Positions 38,638-49,319 of a DNA stretch of 64,000 bases are shown piece after piece. The notes beneath the pieces are model-generated. The model did not search any database. It had not been told where the DNA came from and was given only the letters and a program-made list of their open reading frames with translations. The stretch is from an uncultured Bacteroidaceae bacterium (lineage in GTDB: Bacteria; Bacteroidota; Bacteroidia; Bacteroidales; GCA-2748055), in contig CAZNFR010000001.1 in assembly GCA_964572225.1 (NCBI GenBank), forward strand, positions 10,710 to 74,709, read 5' to 3'. How positions within the stretch are numbered: position 1 is the first letter of the stretch; every line of letters begins with the position of its first letter. The translations under genes and the position numbers were made by a program.

Positions 38638-39012
38638 TTATACCAGTTTCTTGTAATCGGCGGCCGACAATAGCTGGCCAACCTGGGAAGAGTCGCTGAG
38701 CTTGATCTTGATCAGCCAGCCTTGGCCGTAAGGTTCTTCGTTTACAATTTCAGGATTGTCGGAGAGTTTTTCATTTACCTCAGAAACTTCGCCCGAAACG
38801 GGCATGAAGAGGTCCGACACGGTTTTTACGGCTTCAATGGTTCCAAAAGTCTCGCCCTGATCCAGGTTTTCCCCTTCGGTTTCGATTTCAACAAAAACGA
38901 CATCACCGAGTTCGGAGGTGGCAAATTCGGTTATGCCCACCACGCCGGTGTCGCCTTCAATTTTGATCCATTCGTGTTCTTTGGTGTACTTGAGGTTATC
39001 GGGAAAATTCAT
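38638..39012 (-). CDS. gcvH: glycine cleavage system protein H
   Basis: 124 aa. Lipoyl-lysine motif IEAVKTVSDLFMPVSGEV. Confidence 0.93.
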   Translation of the reverse strand: MNFPDNLKYTKEHEWIKIEGDTGVVGITEFATSELGDVVFVEIETEGENLDQGETFGTIEAVKTVSDLFMPVSGEVSEVNEKLSDNPEIVNEEPYGQGWLIKIKLSDSSQVGQLLSAADYKKLV

Positions 39013-39100
39013 ATTTGATAGGATTTTGAATTAATGATCACTTTCAAAGGTAGTATTTTTTGAAGGAAATTGCTTATGACAAAAAACATGTTTGGGGGCC

Positions 39101-42100
39101 TTAGTTCGCGAGGGTGAAGCGGACGCTGAAGCCGATGTTGGTATTGGAAGTGGGATAGGACAGGGAGATGAAGGGGTTATTGATCCGCTGGTCCCAGAAA
39201 AGCCTGAGATTGAAGCGATCGCTTAGCACATAATCGAGGGTGGTTTTGATGGTGATGATCCTTTGTCCGGCCGTGATCTGGTCGGCATCTTCGGTGAGCT
39301 TGCGGATCACGGTGCGATTGTCCCTGATGGAGAAGTCGGCGCGGACGTTCAGGTCGCTCTTGAATTCCTGACCGTTTATGATGAGTTGAACTTCGTTGAA
39401 GCGGTAACCGGCGCCAACCACGATCTCCTTGCTGTTCACTTCGTTGATCTGGCTGTTGGCGGTGCTCAGCGACAGGGTTCTGGATCTTTTGAATTCGATG
39501 CGGGTGGTGAGGCTGTTTCTCCAGTCCATATTAAAATTGAAGAGGGGGGAGAACTGTTCGTTGATGGTTACGCTGCTGGCATCGAATACGGGGATAAAAC
39601 TGTTGGTAAGGGTGTCATAATTCATGATCAGCTCGGTGGGATTGGAAATGAAGGAACCGATGTTATAGGATGAGCGGTAGGCATGGTTAAGGGTCAGGCT
39701 GTTCATATATTTCTGTATGAAAGGAATTCTTCCGAGTCCGTCGAAAGAAACCCTCCAGTTGGGCATCATCTCCCAGATTTTCGGAATAAAGTTGAGGCTT
39801 ACCTTTGAAACGTCTTTTTGTCCGTAGGCAGCGAGGAAGGAGGAGATGAGGACCTGTTGTGAGTTGGGCCCGAAGCCTTCCCAGTAACCGGTTTCGGGGT
39901 TTTTGGTAAGGGTGGTCCCGGGATTGTCGCGCATGTATTGCCTTGCGAGTCTATCGGAAACTACAAGCCGGTATTCATTTTTCATTTTATCGAAGGCATC
40001 GGAGGAGAAATCCAGGTCTTTGGTGTATATCCTTTCAAAAGCCGTTCTCCAGGAGAGGTATGACATGGAGAAATTACCGGTTTCGGTTCTTCCCCTTAGG
40101 GAGTCGGGGGGCAGATTCCCGTTTATGTCGGCCGTAAAGAACTCACTTACATTACTTGCTTCATTCCGGTTTGCCGTCAGATCTACCCGGAAGCCCTTGA
40201 AGGGTTCGAAGGTGGCCCTCAGGTTGAGCTTTTCGGTATGAGTCATGGACCAGGGGGTGTTTATGAGGGAGTCGGAAGAAAGCCAGCCCCGGTCGAAAGC
40301 CCTGACAGGGAAGTCGGGATCCTGGAAGCCTGCAATGTACTGCCATCCCGGTGCCTTCATTCCGTTGAAGGTTTGCATTCCCATGATGCGGGTTTCGGGA
40401 AGGTAACCGGGTAGCATGGAGCCGTCGCTCGTGCTGTAGGTTACGTTAATATTTTTAATCCCGGTAACCACTCTTACGCTGTTTTCGAGGATGAGGGTAA
40501 GGGGATTTTCGCCAAGCTCTTTGGTTCCGGTAACCACCAGTCGGGCACCCCTTACATCTCTTTCGGGAGCCACCCGAACCCGGTTTTCATTTATGACTTC
40601 AATGCTTGTGGGTACCAGAACCCCTTCACTGTCGAAGACCTCCACCTTGATGTCTTCCGTCCTGAGGCTATGATTAAAATTCCGTGGAAATTCAGCCCTC
40701 AGCGACTGATTTTCACGGATATAGGTAACCTCTTTGGTTCGTTTTTCACTCATTTGCTCCCTGCTCCGGGCGCTCCGGTATTTTTGGTCAATTTCCTTAA
40801 AATACCCCACCTTGTTATACAGGTTGGTCATGTTCATCTGACCGTTAAGCTGTGTGGTGTTGGAGTTCCGGATGGTATTTCCCAGGGTGATTCCCGGATC
40901 GTTAAGGATGGGACCGGTATTCCAGCCATAGGATCCGTTATAGCGTGCAGAAAGGTTGACCCAGTCGAATGCCGGGATCTTATTGATGGGAACGTTATAG
41001 CCCAGGTTGAACTGATGGGTATAATTCGTGGTTCTTCCGAAGGAAAGGATCTCCTGCCAGATGGAGTCGCGCTTGGCCTCGTAATCATCCTCGTTCCGGT
41101 TCATTCTTCCAATGGGTTCATCGATGCGTGCCACATTGGTGGCAGAGAAATCGAAGGTGAGGGAACGGGTAAGGTCGAATTTAAGGTCGTAATAGCGGTT
41201 CCACAGAAAATTCTTATTGAACGTGGGTTCAATCTCCAGGAATGGATTGTTCAGGTTTCTGAGTTTTCTTTCAGAGTAGGCCCGGTTGAGGTCTGTCCTG
41301 AAGGAGAGCCGGGATGGCAGGTAGTAAAAATTGAAATCGCGTAAGATTCTGAAATAGGGGGATTTGAATGCCTCAGATTTGGAGAGGGGGGCTACATTTT
41401 GAGGTCTGGAATTGAAATTATAGCTCAGGGCACCCCTGATATTCCTCTGTGTAAAATATTCGGTACCTATATTCCGGCTGAACACCTCGTTGTAAGAATA
41501 GCTTGCCGACCAGTTGGCAAGGTCATAGATCCTGGGCTGTCCCTCGGTTTTCACCTTTCGTACATTGGTAAAGTTGATGCTCCTTCTCCGGGTATAATCC
41601 TGTGCAATGGATTTGATGGAATCCCGGACACCCTCATTTTCCGCATTGTCGAGGGCATCTTTCAGGGGTATATCCGGATCTACGGGGTTATACTGCGGAT
41701 TGATAATGGTTTCGGAGATCCCGGCATACATGGGAATGGATACTCCGGATTTTTCCGGAAAGAATTTTCCCAGTTCAAAGTTTCCGGAAATATCGTACTG
41801 CAGCACTTGTTCCTGGTCTCTTTCCTGGACGGTTTCTTCTATGCTTCCGAAGCCCGGGGTACTGGTATTCCCGGCAAACGTAAGCATTCCGAAGTCGGAC
41901 AACTGGGTTGTGAGCCGTCCGTTGGCAGCCCAGCCCCCTTCCTCATTGAACTCGGAGAGTCTGAGTTCATTCAGCCATATTTCTCCCGATTTGGGCATGC
42001 CGTCATCATTTCCCGAGGTGCCTTTACTGGGGTTTCTCACTCCGATCATGATGGTTCGGACATTGGCAAGGTTTGGGTTCCCCGAAACGCTCACCCGGTT

Positions 42101-45100
42101 GCCCTGATTGTCGATAATGGTATAAACCGAATTGGTCTCCACACCGGAATTGGCGTCGCCCAGAGCCCGGTTTCTTCGCTGCTTGACTTCCTGAAAGATG
42201 CTGAGCGGGATATCGAAGCGGTTTTTCCTGGGCCAGACGATCAACCGGTCCGCATCCTCATCGTTATCGTAGCGCCCGGGCGGTGTCAGGATCAGGGGTA
42301 CCTCGTATTCATAGTAGTTATTTTTATAATCCGAGCCCAGCCTGATAAAAGCAGTCAGCTCCCCATCCTCCAGAGGTTCATCCAGAAGGGCTTCGGCGTG
42401 AGCCTCCATCTCTATCTTGTTGTACTGCCGGATATCCAGAAGAAGATTTTTAAAGGCAGCCCTGGAATCTCCGTCCTCAAGGTCGTTTACCTTAAGCACG
42501 ATGGATTGTTCGTTAAGTTGCCGGATCTGGGGCTGGGTAGGATCGATAACCCGGTCAATCCCGGGAGGAAGTACGTAGTTAACCGGAATTTTACCGGCAT
42601 TCTCTTCAATGTTCACGGCCGAAATGTCAAAACTCCCTTCGGTAGGCTGGGTTCCGGTAAAATCCTCCCGCCCCTGGGTAAGGTCGAGGTTGTATTTTCT
42701 CCATTCTCCTCTTACAAGGTCCAGCCGGGCGAACCTGAGAATGACCGATTCCTGAAAATCGGTCAGGAACATACGCATAAAACGAATGGATTTAAAATCC
42801 TGAATATCTCCGACGCTTTCTTCAAAATCGGTGATGGGAACACGGAACTGGTACCAAGTCACGGCCGATTTTTCTCCGTTCTCGAAGGTTTCCTCATCCA
42901 ATTGCGAATCGACGATGAAATTCCTTCCCACCTCAAGATCCTCCGGTCTCAGACTCACCCGGTACTGGTAATAAGCCTCGCTTTCACTAAGGGTGTTATC
43001 CCGGTTTATATCCTCCACATCGGGAAGGGTGCTCCCGCTGGTCGGGTAGGATTCGGTCGATTGCTCGGAGGTTGGGGAGTTTCCGTCGAGTCCGTTGTAC
43101 AACTTATACCGGCTAAGGATATCCAACTGCTGTTCATCGTAATCCGAACCCCGGTAGTAATGAAAATTATCGCTTGAAGGGTCTTCGGCCAGGCGCGTTA
43201 ATGCCTCCGGGTTTAGAACCGATTGGAGCTCTGCAAGAAATTCATCATAAAAGCTCTGCTCGTCGGTGTCGCTTAAACCGTCGAGCCCCACATCCTGGTA
43301 TACCCTGGCTTCAATTTGGTTGTTGAAGGCATTTACAAGGGATTGCACCAGGGGAATCCTACCCCAGACCGTGGTATCCACCTTTTCGACCACCGCGGTT
43401 GAGGGGAGTCCGTTTTCAAAGGATTTACGGGAGTCTTTCAGCACGTCCTCCGATACATTCCCCAGGTTGAAATACAGATCTCCACCGGGATTGTCCTCAT
43501 CTTCTACAAAGGGATCCATGAGCCAGAACTCGATGAATTCAATGTTGGCTGCTTCAAAGTCGTTAGACTGGATCTCTCTCATGATCCCACCCCAGCGTTC
43601 ATCGGGCTCCTGAAGGCTTCCGTCGGGATTCACTCTTTGGGTGTCGAAATTGTACGGTCCTCTTTCCCTGGGGTAGAATGCCAGGTTCAGGACCGATATA
43701 TTGGTGGGAACGTTGTTGGGGGTTTCTTTTTCAGGGAAAATGTCGTTTTCAAATACTTCCCTCACGTAATGACTTGACTGCAGGTCGGGGTTGTTCTTAA
43801 TATTTTCGGGTGTAAGTGCATTGTTTCTCAGGAAGAGCGGGTCTATGACGTACCAGGCAAGTCTTGCCCGGTTCATGCCATACCTGAGGTCATTATTCAG
43901 CTCTGCCTCCGGGAACAATCCTCTGGGTGTACTGGATATGGACCATGCAGCAAAGGATTTCATGTCGAGCGAAGTCTGACTCCCTTCAAAATCGTCGATA
44001 TAAGCATTCCCCTCTTTTTCTATGGCTTTGGAATGTCCGGGGATCAAATGCGCAAATTCGCCCACAAAGGTAATGCTGGAGGGTTCCTTGGCTTCGATCA
44101 GAGGTATCTTATCGACCAGGGTAGTCAGAAACTGCGACCGGGTGCGGTAAGAAGTGTTCAATCCCCAGATGGTATTGGAGATAGGCTCATCGCCGATACT
44201 TACTTTCTGGGTGAGGGGTCTTTCGGTAAGATTCATGATGGTGGCCCCAACGTTGAAATCCTCTGAGAGGCGATAATCGAGGTGGGTTCCGACCAGGGTT
44301 TTGGTCTGGATGTTAAACAGGGAATTGCTCTCGAGAGAAATTCTCAGAGGGGTTCCCGATTCCAGGATACCCTGATTTATGATGGTGACCCTTCCCAGGG
44401 TATAATCAACGGTATAGTCAGAACCTTCGGTCAGTTGCCGGCCCCCGGCGGAAACCACCACGGAGCCTTCCGGGATGTTCATGGCATTGAGCATGATCTC
44501 GGAACTTGAGGATGACTGGTAAAAACCGGAAAGCAGAAACTTGTTTTTTTCGGCTACCTGCTGGGCCCGGGTCATGGTCGAATCGTAGAGCTCCTGGAAA
44601 ACATAACGATCTATCACGCTTGGATCCTCCCCGATATTCTCGACAATAATTTCCCTAAGATCAGATCCGAAAGGTTCGATAAGCGGGAAAAAGATCCTTC
44701 CGTTGGATGGGGTGATGGTTATTCCCGGAATGTAATCGAATAATCCGTCGGGGTAAGGATCGTTGTTTGAGTTCAGGTTGTCCAGATTCAGCAGGCCCAG
44801 AAGGATCTTTTTGTTCAGATCCCCTTCCGGGATGTAATTGATGGCATTCCCCGTCCGATCGTCCTGATAAAGCACATCCAGGGTAAAATCCTCGGGATTC
44901 ACCTGGTAGGCCCCGATGGCATAAACGTTTTTCATCATCAGGTCCCAGGTATAGGAAACCGGGGTGAAGTTGGTTGATTTCAGCAGCTTAAGGTAAAGGG
45001 CACTGGGTGCACTGATCCCGCTGGAGGTGGAAAGTTCTCCCACACGATAGGTCCTGCCGTTCAGGGTGTATTCGTAGGCAACCGCCAGAACTTCATCCGA

Positions 45101-46483
45101 GTTCAGGGCAGCATTGAGGGAGATATACCCCAGTTGTTCGTTGTAGGAAAACTCCCTGGGCGAGAGTCTCCTGGCATTTTCAATCTTTTCGTAATCCTGT
45201 CCGAGATTAAAGGCTGAAAGGACGGAGGTAACATCATTGATGTTTCTTGCCCCGCTATAGCTGGAGGTCATCTCACGGTAGAGGTCGTTTTTCTCATTCC
45301 GCGGCCAGTTGCCGGCTTCCAGAACATTGAAAACCTCGTTATAAGGCTCGGCTTCACCGATATCCGTGAAGGCGACTATGTTTCTGGACTCGTCGAAATT
45401 ACTGGTTTTATTGGTCACCCATACCTCAATACGGGTGATGTTGATCCCGGAATTGATGACAGGAAGGTTGGCGAGAGCCTGGTTATAATTATCCCGGAAA
45501 TAATCGGAAAGGAAGAAGTGCTTGTTTGCATCGTATTTGTCGATGGTAATCTCAAATTCCTGTATCTGAGCTCCCCCTTCCACTTCAATTACCGAGGTTT
45601 CTCCTCTTTGTTGAGAAAAAACGGTGGTCATATTTAACCTGCCGAACTGCATCTCGGTTTTTAGTCCGAAAAGGCTCTGGGATCCTGTGATCAGTGAACC
45701 CGTGAGGGGGAGTGAAACATTACCGGCTTCGATCTTTTTGATGATTTCGTCCTCTTTTCCGCTGTACTCCAGCTTGGTCTGGTTTTCGAAATCGAAGGTG
45801 GCTTCGGTATTGTAGTTTACATCAAGATTCATTTTATCTCCGATGGATCCCGAAACATTCATCAGGATCTTCTCTTCGAAGGTAAAGGAAGGGGTACGTC
45901 TGAGGCGCTCTGTGAGTGTGGGATTGTCCACTTTGGAAAGGTTAAAGCCAAATATAAGCTCGGCGCTCCCCGATGGGGTGATATTGATGGCATTACTTCC
46001 GAAGACCCGGTCGAAGGCCTCCCCCCCAATGTTAAGCTGAGGGATGAGGGAGGACTGGTTTTCAAGGTTTTCGCTCATGGCTCTTTCCCGCCAGTAATCG
46101 CTTATGAATTGTTGTCTTTCCCATTCCATGTATTCCTCCCTGGAGAGGGTGTTGGGAACGCGGTAACGGGAACGGCCAATTTTCTCCACGAAATAATACT
46201 GTCCGGTGGAAGGATCGTATTCAATAACTCTCTCAACGTTGGAGGGTTTTCGGAGGTAGAGGGGAGAAGAGGGCTCCTCATTTCCGGTCGGGGTATATCG
46301 TTTTTCCTCAAAGGGGTACTGAAGATCAATGGTGTCGGGAGGCTGGTAAAAAGAGGGAATCTCCGGCAGTGGCCTGGTGAGATAAGGATCTTCGGTCAGG
46401 GGATTTGCCAGTATCGTTAGCGGAGAAAGCAAAAGACCAATGAAAAAGACCAGCGAATTTATATTTGCCTCTCTGTTTGTCAA
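39101..46483 (-). CDS. sprA: T9SS translocon / gliding-motility protein SprA
   Basis: 2460-aa ORF with a signal peptide. The N-terminal region (LYLRKPSNVERVIEYDPSTGQYYF) and the overall size match SprA of Bacteroidota. Confidence 0.9.
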   Translation of the reverse strand: MTNREANINSLVFFIGLLLSPLTILANPLTEDPYLTRPLPEIPSFYQPPDTIDLQYPFEEKRYTPTGNEEPSSPLYLRKPSNVERVIEYDPSTGQYYFVEKIGRSRYRVPNTLSREEYMEWERQQFISDYWRERAMSENLENQSSLIPQLNIGGEAFDRVFGSNAINITPSGSAELIFGFNLSKVDNPTLTERLRRTPSFTFEEKILMNVSGSIGDKMNLDVNYNTEATFDFENQTKLEYSGKEDEIIKKIEAGNVSLPLTGSLITGSQSLFGLKTEMQFGRLNMTTVFSQQRGETSVIEVEGGAQIQEFEITIDKYDANKHFFLSDYFRDNYNQALANLPVINSGINITRIEVWVTNKTSNFDESRNIVAFTDIGEAEPYNEVFNVLEAGNWPRNEKNDLYREMTSSYSGARNINDVTSVLSAFNLGQDYEKIENARRLSPREFSYNEQLGYISLNAALNSDEVLAVAYEYTLNGRTYRVGELSTSSGISAPSALYLKLLKSTNFTPVSYTWDLMMKNVYAIGAYQVNPEDFTLDVLYQDDRTGNAINYIPEGDLNKKILLGLLNLDNLNSNNDPYPDGLFDYIPGITITPSNGRIFFPLIEPFGSDLREIIVENIGEDPSVIDRYVFQELYDSTMTRAQQVAEKNKFLLSGFYQSSSSSEIMLNAMNIPEGSVVVSAGGRQLTEGSDYTVDYTLGRVTIINQGILESGTPLRISLESNSLFNIQTKTLVGTHLDYRLSEDFNVGATIMNLTERPLTQKVSIGDEPISNTIWGLNTSYRTRSQFLTTLVDKIPLIEAKEPSSITFVGEFAHLIPGHSKAIEKEGNAYIDDFEGSQTSLDMKSFAAWSISSTPRGLFPEAELNNDLRYGMNRARLAWYVIDPLFLRNNALTPENIKNNPDLQSSHYVREVFENDIFPEKETPNNVPTNISVLNLAFYPRERGPYNFDTQRVNPDGSLQEPDERWGGIMREIQSNDFEAANIEFIEFWLMDPFVEDEDNPGGDLYFNLGNVSEDVLKDSRKSFENGLPSTAVVEKVDTTVWGRIPLVQSLVNAFNNQIEARVYQDVGLDGLSDTDEQSFYDEFLAELQSVLNPEALTRLAEDPSSDNFHYYRGSDYDEQQLDILSRYKLYNGLDGNSPTSEQSTESYPTSGSTLPDVEDINRDNTLSESEAYYQYRVSLRPEDLEVGRNFIVDSQLDEETFENGEKSAVTWYQFRVPITDFEESVGDIQDFKSIRFMRMFLTDFQESVILRFARLDLVRGEWRKYNLDLTQGREDFTGTQPTEGSFDISAVNIEENAGKIPVNYVLPPGIDRVIDPTQPQIRQLNEQSIVLKVNDLEDGDSRAAFKNLLLDIRQYNKIEMEAHAEALLDEPLEDGELTAFIRLGSDYKNNYYEYEVPLILTPPGRYDNDEDADRLIVWPRKNRFDIPLSIFQEVKQRRNRALGDANSGVETNSVYTIIDNQGNRVSVSGNPNLANVRTIMIGVRNPSKGTSGNDDGMPKSGEIWLNELRLSEFNEEGGWAANGRLTTQLSDFGMLTFAGNTSTPGFGSIEETVQERDQEQVLQYDISGNFELGKFFPEKSGVSIPMYAGISETIINPQYNPVDPDIPLKDALDNAENEGVRDSIKSIAQDYTRRRSINFTNVRKVKTEGQPRIYDLANWSASYSYNEVFSRNIGTEYFTQRNIRGALSYNFNSRPQNVAPLSKSEAFKSPYFRILRDFNFYYLPSRLSFRTDLNRAYSERKLRNLNNPFLEIEPTFNKNFLWNRYYDLKFDLTRSLTFDFSATNVARIDEPIGRMNRNEDDYEAKRDSIWQEILSFGRTTNYTHQFNLGYNVPINKIPAFDWVNLSARYNGSYGWNTGPILNDPGITLGNTIRNSNTTQLNGQMNMTNLYNKVGYFKEIDQKYRSARSREQMSEKRTKEVTYIRENQSLRAEFPRNFNHSLRTEDIKVEVFDSEGVLVPTSIEVINENRVRVAPERDVRGARLVVTGTKELGENPLTLILENSVRVVTGIKNINVTYSTSDGSMLPGYLPETRIMGMQTFNGMKAPGWQYIAGFQDPDFPVRAFDRGWLSSDSLINTPWSMTHTEKLNLRATFEPFKGFRVDLTANRNEASNVSEFFTADINGNLPPDSLRGRTETGNFSMSYLSWRTAFERIYTKDLDFSSDAFDKMKNEYRLVVSDRLARQYMRDNPGTTLTKNPETGYWEGFGPNSQQVLISSFLAAYGQKDVSKVSLNFIPKIWEMMPNWRVSFDGLGRIPFIQKYMNSLTLNHAYRSSYNIGSFISNPTELIMNYDTLTNSFIPVFDASSVTINEQFSPLFNFNMDWRNSLTTRIEFKRSRTLSLSTANSQINEVNSKEIVVGAGYRFNEVQLIINGQEFKSDLNVRADFSIRDNRTVIRKLTEDADQITAGQRIITIKTTLDYVLSDRFNLRLFWDQRINNPFISLSYPTSNTNIGFSVRFTLAN

Positions 46484-46493
46484 AAGATTATAA

Positions 46494-47075
46494 TTACAAC
46501 AGTTTTAATGCTTCTTTGATTAGCTCCTCGACAGTCTGTGCAGGTTTCTCGGAGAGAAGTTTACCGACTGTTTTTTCTACTTGTTTTTTACCAAAGCCAA
46601 GAGCGACTAATGCAGATAACGCTTCTTCACGGATAGTATTGCGCTCGGAAAGGAATAATTCATCCAGTCCTTCCGATTTGCCGATCTTATCTTTCAGGTC
46701 AACGATTACCCTCTGGGCAGTTTTCGCTCCAATGCCTTTGATACCCTGGAGTACAGGAACATTCCCCTGGAGTATGGCCTCCCTTACCTCATCGGGAGAA
46801 AGGGAGGAAAGAATGATCCGGGCGGTATTGGGACCTATTCCGCTGACGGATATGAGCTGCCGGAAGATCTCCCTTTCCTCGGGGCTGACAAAACCATAGA
46901 GGATATGGGCATCTTCCCTTACCACCTGATGGATATATAAGCGTAGAAAGGAGGAATCGGAAATGGAGGAGAAGGAATGAAGGGAGATGTTAATAAAATA
47001 TCCTGTTCCCCCGTCCTTAATAACGACGGATGCAGGTGTTTTGAGGATGATCTCCCCTTCGATGAATTCGTACAT
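46494..47075 (-). CDS. ruvA: Holliday junction branch migration protein RuvA
   Basis: MYEFIEGEI start. Helix-hairpin-helix motifs (ISVSGIGPNTA, GIKGIGAKTAQR). Confidence 0.93.
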   Translation of the reverse strand: MYEFIEGEIILKTPASVVIKDGGTGYFINISLHSFSSISDSSFLRLYIHQVVREDAHILYGFVSPEEREIFRQLISVSGIGPNTARIILSSLSPDEVREAILQGNVPVLQGIKGIGAKTAQRVIVDLKDKIGKSEGLDELFLSERNTIREEALSALVALGFGKKQVEKTVGKLLSEKPAQTVEELIKEALKLL

Positions 47076-47118
47076 ACCGGATTAATTTAGGGCTAAAATA
47101 ATCAAAAATCCCAGCCTT

Positions 47119-47628
47119 TCAATCGCGGATAAGATCTGCAATTTTCTTACCCCAGTTTTCAATGATCTCCCAGTCCCGGAAATCCCCTACCGCTGCCTTG
47201 ATATTTTTGATCATCCATTTTTCCATGCCCGAAAGTTTTTCCATTTCCATATTTCCATGGAAGACCACGATATCATCCGGACTGGTTTTTTTCACCAGAG
47301 GTTCGAGCTTGGATGGATATTTCCAGCCTTTCAGCAATTCTTCAGGATCCCCCTCACCCGTGGGTCCGCTGGAGAAAATAAAGAAGGCTTTCTCCGCAAG
47401 GATGTCCTGGTGTTCTTCCATAAACCGGATAGCATCCTTCCTCCAACGGCCTATATAGATTGCGCTTCCCAGTATGACCACATCATAATCACCGACATTC
47501 GCGGCGTCTCCGGCCTGTTCCAGGCTAACCTCATTGCCGGCCTTTTCAATTATCTCCTGCAGTTTTGTTGCGATTTCCCGGGTAGTGCCGTATTTCGTGG
47601 CATAGGTGATCAAAACTTTTTTACTCAT
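47119..47628 (-). CDS. flavodoxin-domain protein, HemG/flavodoxin_5-like
   Basis: VLITYATKYGTTREIA FMN-binding start. C-terminal MEKWMIKNIK...GDFRDWE resembles E. coli HemG DRFMIKLIMK...VYTDWE (recalled from memory). Confidence 0.7.
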   Translation of the reverse strand: MSKKVLITYATKYGTTREIATKLQEIIEKAGNEVSLEQAGDAANVGDYDVVILGSAIYIGRWRKDAIRFMEEHQDILAEKAFFIFSSGPTGEGDPEELLKGWKYPSKLEPLVKKTSPDDIVVFHGNMEMEKLSGMEKWMIKNIKAAVGDFRDWEIIENWGKKIADLIRD

Positions 47629-47764
47629 GTTGATTTGGTTTTAAATTGCATGGCATTTTCGGGCATTAAAGATAACATGCATTTTGGAATCTTTAAAGGG
47701 AATCCCCCCTGCTATTGCAATTAATATGTGAGGCCCGTTCAGGAAAGGAAGAGTGAGGGCTTAT

Positions 47765-49102
47765 TCACGGTTCTACCTCTTTTTGATCGAAGCGGAACCA
47801 ATCCAGATCCAGGACAGGATCTTCCGATTCGCTTTCAAATTTCACCCAGAGAGCCTGGTTCCCCGTGAGGTTGTCGGTCCCGGCCGAAAGAAGAATCCAA
47901 TCCTCTGAACTCTCCTCCTGAGCCGGAACATCAATGGTGGCAAAAGGACGCCGCCAGGGCATCCCGGCCGAAAAGACGATTTTTCCGGCAGGTCCCCGAG
48001 TACGCAGTCTGACCGTCACCGAATCACATCCTTTATCGAAATCAAGGTATTTGAATGCAATTCTGTCGTCGGCAGTTATCCCCGTAAGCTCTTCCCCGCC
48101 CTCAGGGTTCAAACTTATCCGGCAATTCCCGAAAAGGAGACAGGCCCTTTCAGCCTTAACTGGAATATAGGGCGATAATGGTAATCCGGCACCCTGAGTG
48201 GTCATCTCTACCTCCGGAATGCTGCCATCTTCCCTGAATTGGATGGGTTCAATACACATTTTGCGGATTTTCCGGCTATTATGGGTTCCCCTGTGATAAA
48301 AAACATACCACTGATCCCTGAATTTCGCAATGGAGCCGTGATTGTTCCAGTTGGAGGGATCGGAATTATCATTATCGATGATCACCCCCCGGTAGGTGTA
48401 GGGACCCATAGGGTGGGTACTCGTGGTGTAACCAAGGCAACTGGGGGTATTGGTACGACTCATATCTGCGTAAACCAGATAGTACAGGCCGTTTCTTTTG
48501 GTCATGAAGGCACCCTCATGGAAATAGTGCTCCTCTTCGGTCAGAATATTATCCTTTATCGAAAGTGTATCAATTTGACACATATTTTGTTTCAAAATGG
48601 CCATTTTCAGGCTGAACTGGCCCCAGACGTAATAGGCTGTACCGTCATCGTCAATGAAAACCCCCGGATCGATCTCGCTGTATTTTCCGGTGTTCATTAT
48701 TTTCCCCTTTCCGAAAGGACCTGTAGGGGAGTCAGACACGGCAACCCCCTCGGCATTTTCGGGGTCGGGCTGACAATAATACAGGTACCATTTGCCGTCC
48801 CTGTACATGCAGTCGGGGGCAAAAAGGAGTTTGTCGTTGTAATCCACTTTATCGTCGGGACCTTTCGAAGAAAATACGTTTTCATGAACCTCCCAGTTTA
48901 ACATATCTGAGGTGGACAGTAAATGGTAGCGGTGTGAGCAATAGTATTCCGTGCTTTCATCGACCGATCCGTAGATGTATAGTTTTCCGTCATTCCAGAC
49001 GTGGGCTGTCGGGTCGGCCATGAAAACTCCTTCGGGGAGAATGGGGTTCTGGGCGAAAACAGAGGTTGAAGAAAGGAGGAAAAGGAAAATGAAAAGCTTC
49101 AT
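47765..49102 (-). CDS. GH43 glycoside hydrolase with C-terminal CBM6-like module
   Basis: Signal peptide. NPILPEGVFMADPTAHVWNDGKLYIYGS, FAPDCMY and HEGAFM are GH43 blade motifs. The C-terminal beta-sandwich of about 130 aa ends in LDWFRF. Confidence 0.85.
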   Translation of the reverse strand: MKLFIFLFLLSSTSVFAQNPILPEGVFMADPTAHVWNDGKLYIYGSVDESTEYYCSHRYHLLSTSDMLNWEVHENVFSSKGPDDKVDYNDKLLFAPDCMYRDGKWYLYYCQPDPENAEGVAVSDSPTGPFGKGKIMNTGKYSEIDPGVFIDDDGTAYYVWGQFSLKMAILKQNMCQIDTLSIKDNILTEEEHYFHEGAFMTKRNGLYYLVYADMSRTNTPSCLGYTTSTHPMGPYTYRGVIIDNDNSDPSNWNNHGSIAKFRDQWYVFYHRGTHNSRKIRKMCIEPIQFREDGSIPEVEMTTQGAGLPLSPYIPVKAERACLLFGNCRISLNPEGGEELTGITADDRIAFKYLDFDKGCDSVTVRLRTRGPAGKIVFSAGMPWRRPFATIDVPAQEESSEDWILLSAGTDNLTGNQALWVKFESESEDPVLDLDWFRFDQKEVEP

Positions 49103-49319
49103 TAGATTGATTTTAAATGAGTAGGATCCAGGTGCATCTGCATTTATAGCACACTGGTAAACAGGAAAATAGAAGCACTTGTATGCAAAGTCTTCCTTTC
49201 TAAAAATAATAAAATTTCCCGGTACGGGGAAAACTTAAGGTTAATTTAATATACCCTTGGTTTTGGTTTTCGTAAGACCAGCATGATTCGGAAGTCAAAC
49301 TAACTAACATTCCTCTCCA

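Noticed and set aside
41399-43177. Very long plus-strand ORFs lying antisense to real genes. The main example is 592 aa at 41399..43177 inside sprA. Others are 2365..3279, 15461..16276, 16280..17023, 17334..17984, 18426..18977, 22679..23623, 40670..41344, 126..767 and 1458..2303.
   Set aside because: For those I checked (41399 vs sprA, 2365 vs the CNNM gene, 126 and 1458 vs the first TBDR), the ORF start shares the codon phase (coordinate mod 3) of the sense gene. Stops in that antisense frame arise only from sense TTA, CTA or TCA codons, which this genome visibly avoids. The translated products are low-complexity and match no family I recognise. They are shadow ORFs, not overlapping genes.
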